Positions 57,566-64,000 of a stretch of DNA of 64,000 bases are shown one piece after another. Position numbers and translations under genes: made by a program. Numbering within the stretch: position 1 is the stretch's first letter; each line of letters begins with the position of its first letter. Origin of the DNA: the human T2T-CHM13v2.0 reference genome, Homo sapiens; the NCBI RefSeq assembly GCF_009914755.1, contig NC_060947.1; one strand, given 5' to 3'. Below the pieces are notes generated by a model. That model worked only from the letters and a program-made list of their open reading frames with translations. It did no database searches and was not told where the DNA came from.

Positions 57566-59719
57566 AAATTCATGCATAATTTTATGTAATATGCATTTTC
57601 ATAAACTTTTTGAGGACCCTTCATGTGTGTGTGCATGAGTGAATGCACATGTATTCCAATATTTCCATTATTGTTTGTATAGTAATCACCAATGGGTCTA
57701 TGAAGCTGTTATGTATCTGCATAACCTATTTAAAATTTGGAGGGTACATGAATTTGAAAGATCATAAATTAGAGGACTCTTTTGCTTTGACTCTATATAG
57801 TATACATAGATGATGGCATACAATGAATTTATTTATCCTGGAACTGCCCCAATTACCCACAGGAAGTGGTTGTTATTATATAAATAAGAGTAAAAGTTGC
57901 TGATATGACAACATTAAAAATGGGATTAAATAATGTATATTAGTAATAAAACACAGTGAAAGGTGAAATTTGACTTGGGATTCTTTTTGGGGGGCTGTGG
58001 AAAAAAATAGAACAAGATTATTGATGATTTCCAGAGGAGGACTCACAGCTTGAGCACAGTCTCTAGCCTTGTTTACAATTTCCACCGCTTTGCAGATTTT
58101 ATCATCTTTTTATTTTGTGTTTTTGCTGCTTACATACTGACATAGTGTCACATATGACAAGCAAGTATGTCTAATGAAAAGAAAGTCCACATCCTTCACA
58201 TAATATACAAAATTATGAAGAAACAAAGTACTTTGTTTCAAATGTCTTTATCCAATACCTTAGAATTTTCACTAACCAACTACCTCAGCTTCTCTTAGGA
58301 ATTCAAAACAGTAATATTGTTACATCAACTATTGGCCATTAAATGGACACAAAATACACTGTAAATTTCCTTCGTGTCGTTTCCTTTCACTACATAGAAA
58401 TTAAGTCTAATTGCATCTGTCTGGGTCTAACTTTGTGGTTCATTAAGACTTTTATCCACTAACATACAGACATACTTACACACATAAATACCCAACTGCT
58501 CTTTTGACCCCTTTTGTAAAGTCTGATTGACTTTATTTTGCACAGTCTTTGTTTTAAATGCAATGCAGTTGGACTCTAGTGTGTACTTCAGACTTACTCA
58601 AAATAGTAGACTTAAGACAACCTTAAAATGTTATATTAAAAAAATGCAGCATGAGTTGCAGAAAATTAAACAGAAGCACAATTAAAGTATAAACAGATTG
58701 CTTTTGAAGTTATTATATACCTGCCATTACTGCATTTGGACTTATCAGATTGTATTTGATCTAGGGAGCAACATGTAAAATCATTTATGTTTATTATGCA
58801 ATATGTGAGCAAGTAAAAATTGGATCCATATACTTGGCACTGAAAATTATATTTTATCATAGATTGCTGTGACCAAATAAGATAAGGACAACAGGTTTGC
58901 ATTTTTAAACATCATTTGCTTAATTTATGAGTTTTATTTTCAAGCTCATGTCTCTATATTTAAAAATAATGAGTTTGTGCCAGGCTATGTCTGTGGAAGT
59001 GAATGGGGAGAAAAGAGGAAGGATACAAAGAACTCATTGAAACCATATGACAAAAAGGATTGGCTACAGTTGTAAGTCAGAAGTTACTTTCAAATTACTT
59101 TTTTCCATTGCTTGCAGAAACAACCTTAGCACATCTTGAGGAAATGATTTATAAGAGCTGATCATGATCCTGGTTGTGCCACTCTGAATCCAGTTTTGTT
59201 CAGAGACAAAGATATAAGACACCTAGAAATAGTTCTTGTCTTTAACGTTTTTTTTCTAGAGAATTTCTGCTCTCTCCCAGAGCTATATTGTTTCTGAATT
59301 CTATTTTTTGTAGGATGTTGAAGTAGTTTTGGAGAGAGAAGCAACGACATTTATCAAGGAAAAGGAAGAAGTCTTGCAGCCAATGTGTATCGAATGCTAA
59401 AAAGCCTGTTTTGTTATCACATAAAAAGTAAAGAGATTTGTTTAGGAAGTAGTATAAATTAATTCTCCAGATAAAAGTTGAAGAAAAACATCTATTCTCT
59501 TCACTCCATTTCTGTTCATAAAGCATATGTGGAGTTACCAAAATTTAGCTAAATCACTAAGTGACACAGAACTACTTGTATAATTATCATCAGCAAAAGA
59601 CAATTATTGCCTCATCCTGTACCATACTCCACTGATAGAATATTCAGGCAAAATATGTGATATGCCTAAGATAATGACAATTGCAAATAGTGCATTTTAA
59701 TTTTAGAAATCTGCAGTAG

Positions 59720-60087
<368 letters not shown>

Positions 60088-60707
60088 TTATTCAAAAATG
60101 TAAAAAACATAAATCAAGCTACATAATGTAAAGAAAAGTGTTACTACAGGGTCCCATCAACAATATTTTACTTTTTCTACATCCACAAATGCTTAATGTA
60201 TATTATTCTCAACTCTCTTCTACTAACTCAGGAATTCCCCAGGGGTTGTTTCATTTCTGTTACCTAATGAGGCCCTTTCCGCTTCCACATGCAAGATTTG
60301 TTCTTTCCTTTTCCTGGTATTGGTGGTACTGGATTTGTGTTCCTCTAAGCTTTACTGTAGCAACCTGATTCTAATGTTATGGCTATTTCACCCAAATTAA
60401 GGTACATAGCTTAATGTCTTGGGGGATGTGTTTAAAAGAGCTGCATTTGAGTTTGGCCTTGTGTAAATTTGTCTTACCAGTTGTTAGGCCTCTTTCATTT
60501 TTTTCTGGCTATCTGATTAAGATATTGTTGTCCTCTCAGACCAACACTTTCGGTGGGTAACCATTTATTATTTTAAGCTATGATGTGTTTTGACAGTCAT
60601 CTCAGTGAAGAAAGTTTGTTTCATAAACAAAAATTAATCACCTTTTCTGTATTATTTGCTTCTTAAGTTTCCCAACATATGTCTCTAAAAGGACTGGATT
60701 AAAACAA

Positions 60708-60792
60708 GGATAGTAGATAGACAGGTGAGTAGGTAGAGAGAGATAGATATATAGATGGATAGATAGGAGATAGACATAGAGATATAGATAGA
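60708..60792. repeat. Degenerate (TAGA)n simple repeat
   Basis: Seen directly. Confidence 0.85.
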
Positions 60793-61830
60793 CTCTATTA
60801 TATTCAAAATCACTGCTTAATTGCTTTATTCTAGGCTTAGGTGCTCTGGCTCTGTCTTTGATGTAAATAGTTTCTCATGAAGCTCTTTAGTTTTTTATAA
60901 AAATAAACTACTGGAAGAACTTCCTCACAAGATTTCTAGGAATATCATAACGAATCTGAATCCTTAGAGATTATATTTTTAGCTCACACTCTGTAGCCCT
61001 CACAACTAAATGTAGTAGCAGCAATAGACATGAGAAAAAAAGGAAGAAAATAAATATTAGATACAAAAATACCTAATAAAATAAAATAAGGAAAGTGAGT
61101 CAATAGTGTAATTTGCTTAGGCCCCTTTTATAGTATTTAGTATGTTCACACAAGCTCATACGTGAAAGAGAACTAATGTGCTCACCTGCCCTTATCTAAA
61201 GCTTGTCTTTATTTCTTTATTCTATTACTTTTTTATTTCTGGACTAACAGTTCAATTCTGATGGCACAGTTTGAGTCCTAGTCTCTCTCTAGTGCCTATA
61301 TTGAACCTTTGGTTTATGAATGTCTTATCACTCACTTTTGACAGTCCCTCCTGGATAGATTCCATCTATGAAGATGAGAGACACTTACCTTTCATGGTAT
61401 GGTATGAGAGACACTTACCTCTAATACCCCCTCTGAGTCTCATGGGGCTCACATGTTCCAGGAAACCCTCTCATCTTGCCCCAAACCAACAGAAGGTGGA
61501 AATTAGAAGTATGCTGGAGAAATTATGAAAATAAAAGTAAATTGAAAAGTGTCAAAAAAAACCATTACATTTGGTTATGTAATCAAATAATATATGGCTC
61601 CCTATTGTTTGATATTTGGAAGCTAAGAAACTAAAGGAAAATCAGTTCAGAAAACTAACAAAAGGAAGAACAGGAAAATGGTGTAAAGTTTGTAAACCAA
61701 CCTAATAAAATGGAGCAATCAGTCATATATTAACATCATGTAGGGTTACCAGATTTAGTACATAAACATACAAAATGCTCAGTTAAATTTAAATTTCAGA
61801 TTAACAACATTTTTATTAAAAACGTATGGG

Positions 61831-62129
<299 letters not shown>

Positions 62130-62139
62130 CTAAACATAT

Positions 62140-63530
62140 TGTGTCCGGAATTGGTGGGTTCTTGGTCTCACTGACTTCAAGAATGAAGCTGCGGACCCTT
62201 GCGGTGAGTGTTACAGTTCTTAAAGGCGGCGTGTCTGGAGTTTGTTCCTTCCGATGTTCGGATACGTTCGGAGTTTCTTCCTTTTGGTGGGTTCGTGGTC
62301 TCGCTGGCTCAGGAGTGAAGCTGCAGACCTTCGCCGTGAGTGTTAGAGCTCTTAAGGCGGCGCGTCTGGAGTTGTTCGGTCCTTCTGGTGTGTTCGTGGT
62401 CTCGCTGGCTCCAGGAGTGAAGCTGTAGACCTTCACGATGAGTGTTACAGCTCATAAAAGCAGTGTGGACCCAAAGAGTGAGCAGCAGCAAGATTTATTG
62501 CAAAGAGTGAAAGAACAAAGCTTCCACAACGTGGAAGGGGAGCCCAGCGTATTGCCACTGCTGGCTCCCCAGCCTGCTTTTATTCTCTTATCTGGCCCCA
62601 CCCACATCCTGCTGATTGGTCCATTTTACAGAGAGCTGAGTGGTCTGTTTTGAGAGGGTGCTGATTGGTGCGTTTACAATCCCTGAGCTAGACACAAAGG
62701 TTCTCCACATCCCCACTAGATTAGCTAGATACAGAGTGTGACACAAAGGTTCTCCAAGTCCCCACCAGAGTAGCTAGATACAGAGTGTCGATTGGTGCAT
62801 TCACAAACCCTGAGCTAGACACAGGGTGCTGATTGGTGTGTTTACAAACCTTGAGCTAGATAGAGAGTGCCCATTGGTGTATTTACAATCCCCTAGCTAG
62901 ACATAATGGTTCTCCAAGTCCCCACCAGAGTCAGGAGCCCAGCTGGCTTCACCCAGTGGATCCTGCACTAGGCCGCAGGTGGAGCTGCCTGCCAGTCCCG
63001 CCGTGTGCCCGCACTCCTCAGCCCTTGGGTGGTCAGTGGGACTGTGCGCTGTGGAGCAGGGAGCAGCGCTCGTGGGGGAGGCTGGGGCTGCACAGGAGCC
63101 CACAGAGGAGGGGGAGGCTCAAGCATGGAGGGCTGCAGGTCCCAAGCCCTGCCCCTTGGGGAGGCAGCTAAGGCCCTGCGAGAAATTGAGCACAGCAGCT
63201 GCTGGCCCAGGTGCTAAGCCCCTCACTGCCCGGGGCTTGCAGGCCAGCCGGCCGCTCTGAGTGCGGGTCCCCTGAGCCCACGCCCACCCGGAACTCGTGC
63301 TGGCCTGTAAGCGTAGTGCACAGCCCTGATTCCCGCCGGAGCCTCTCCCTCCACACCTCCCTGCAAGCTGAGGGAGCTGGCTCCGGCTTTGGGCAGCCCA
63401 GAAAGGGGCTCCCACATTGCAGTGGGGGGCTGAAGGGCTCCTCAAGCGCGGCCAGAGTGGCCGCCAAGGCCGAGGAGGCGCCGAGAGTGAGCGAGGGCTG
63501 CGAGAGCTGCCAGCATGTTGTCACCTCTCA
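62140..63530 (-). mobile_element. ERV9 solo LTR (LTR12C/D-like), complete
   Basis: TGTGTCCGGAATTGGTGGGTTCTTGGTCTC...CATGTTGTCACCTCTCA. 4-bp TSD ATAT at 62136-62139 and 63531-63534. GC-rich U3 and CCAAT repeats. Confidence 0.96.
62545..62900 (-). promoter_or_regulatory. LTR12 core promoter/enhancer module pointing toward lower coordinates
   Basis: The minus strand reads CCAATCAGCAGGATGTGGGTGGGGCCAGATAAGAGAATAAAAGCAGG (CCAAT, GC box, GATA, TATA-like AATAAA), with several upstream CCAAT repeats. Activity is not shown by sequence. Confidence 0.65.
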
Positions 63531-64000
63531 ATATGTTATCATATTTGGTACATATTTATACTAAAAAAGTATTGTTTATAAGAAATTCAAATTTTACTGG
63601 TGTCTTGTATTACATCTGGCAATCCTGTCTTCACACTGTTTCAATATTGGGAATATTGCATATAGTTAGGATTTTGTGTGTGATACGGCAAGAGTTATAA
63701 ACTCATGGGTGTTCCCAGCCTTAACTCTTTGCCTGCCATCTAAAGAAGATTTTGAATTTGCCATTTCAGTTATTCCCTCCCCCTACAGTCTGAAGAGGGT
63801 TCTAGGTTGCTAGGTTTCCATGTTTTGTGGGCATTGTGATGCAGAGTCAAAAGAACTGTGAAACAGGAGTAAGTGGAGAGGTAGAGGGCAGAAGAAAAGG
63901 GGTCAAGAAGGCAGGACCCCGTGAAGCACACCTTTCCTAAGGATTTTGACGAATGAGAATGAAGATAAACTGTGAGTTGAAAGTGAAAGAGAAAGCATAA

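Noticed and set aside
62897-63530. CpG-island promoter of a cellular gene, with several ORFs
   Set aside because: It lies entirely within the LTR12 U3, which is bounded by a TSD.
63700-64000. Possible old LTR at the window end
   Set aside because: The composition is suggestive, but I cannot match it to a family.

Overview
Human genomic DNA (a consensus-like AluYa5 with intact TSDs at 59721 is a human-lineage marker). The window is AT-rich and dominated by nested retroelement fossils: many LINE-1 copies (L1PA7 to L1PA17, L1PB, L1MA, L1MB-ME), about 12 Alus, LTR elements (LTR12 x2, THE1 x2, MST x2 with internal sequence, MLT1, MLT2, MER11, MER68, a MER54/74-type LTR) and hAT MITEs (MER53, MER63A). 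I cannot support any cellular protein-coding gene, RNA gene or CRISPR array. The long ORFs in the track are L1 ORF1/ORF2 remnants, Alu or LTR read-throughs, or chance. I found no credible new biological system. The most interesting structure is mutational: a probably polymorphic AluYa5, an L1PA7 with two microhomology-flanked internal deletions, two twin-primed L1s, a 16.5-kb nested L1PA16 stack, a palindromic MER53 split by an Alu and an LTR12, several short templated or fold-back insertions, and a minus-strand bias of LTRs. Subfamily names come from recalled consensus sequences, not from a database search. Boundaries of old elements are approximate.
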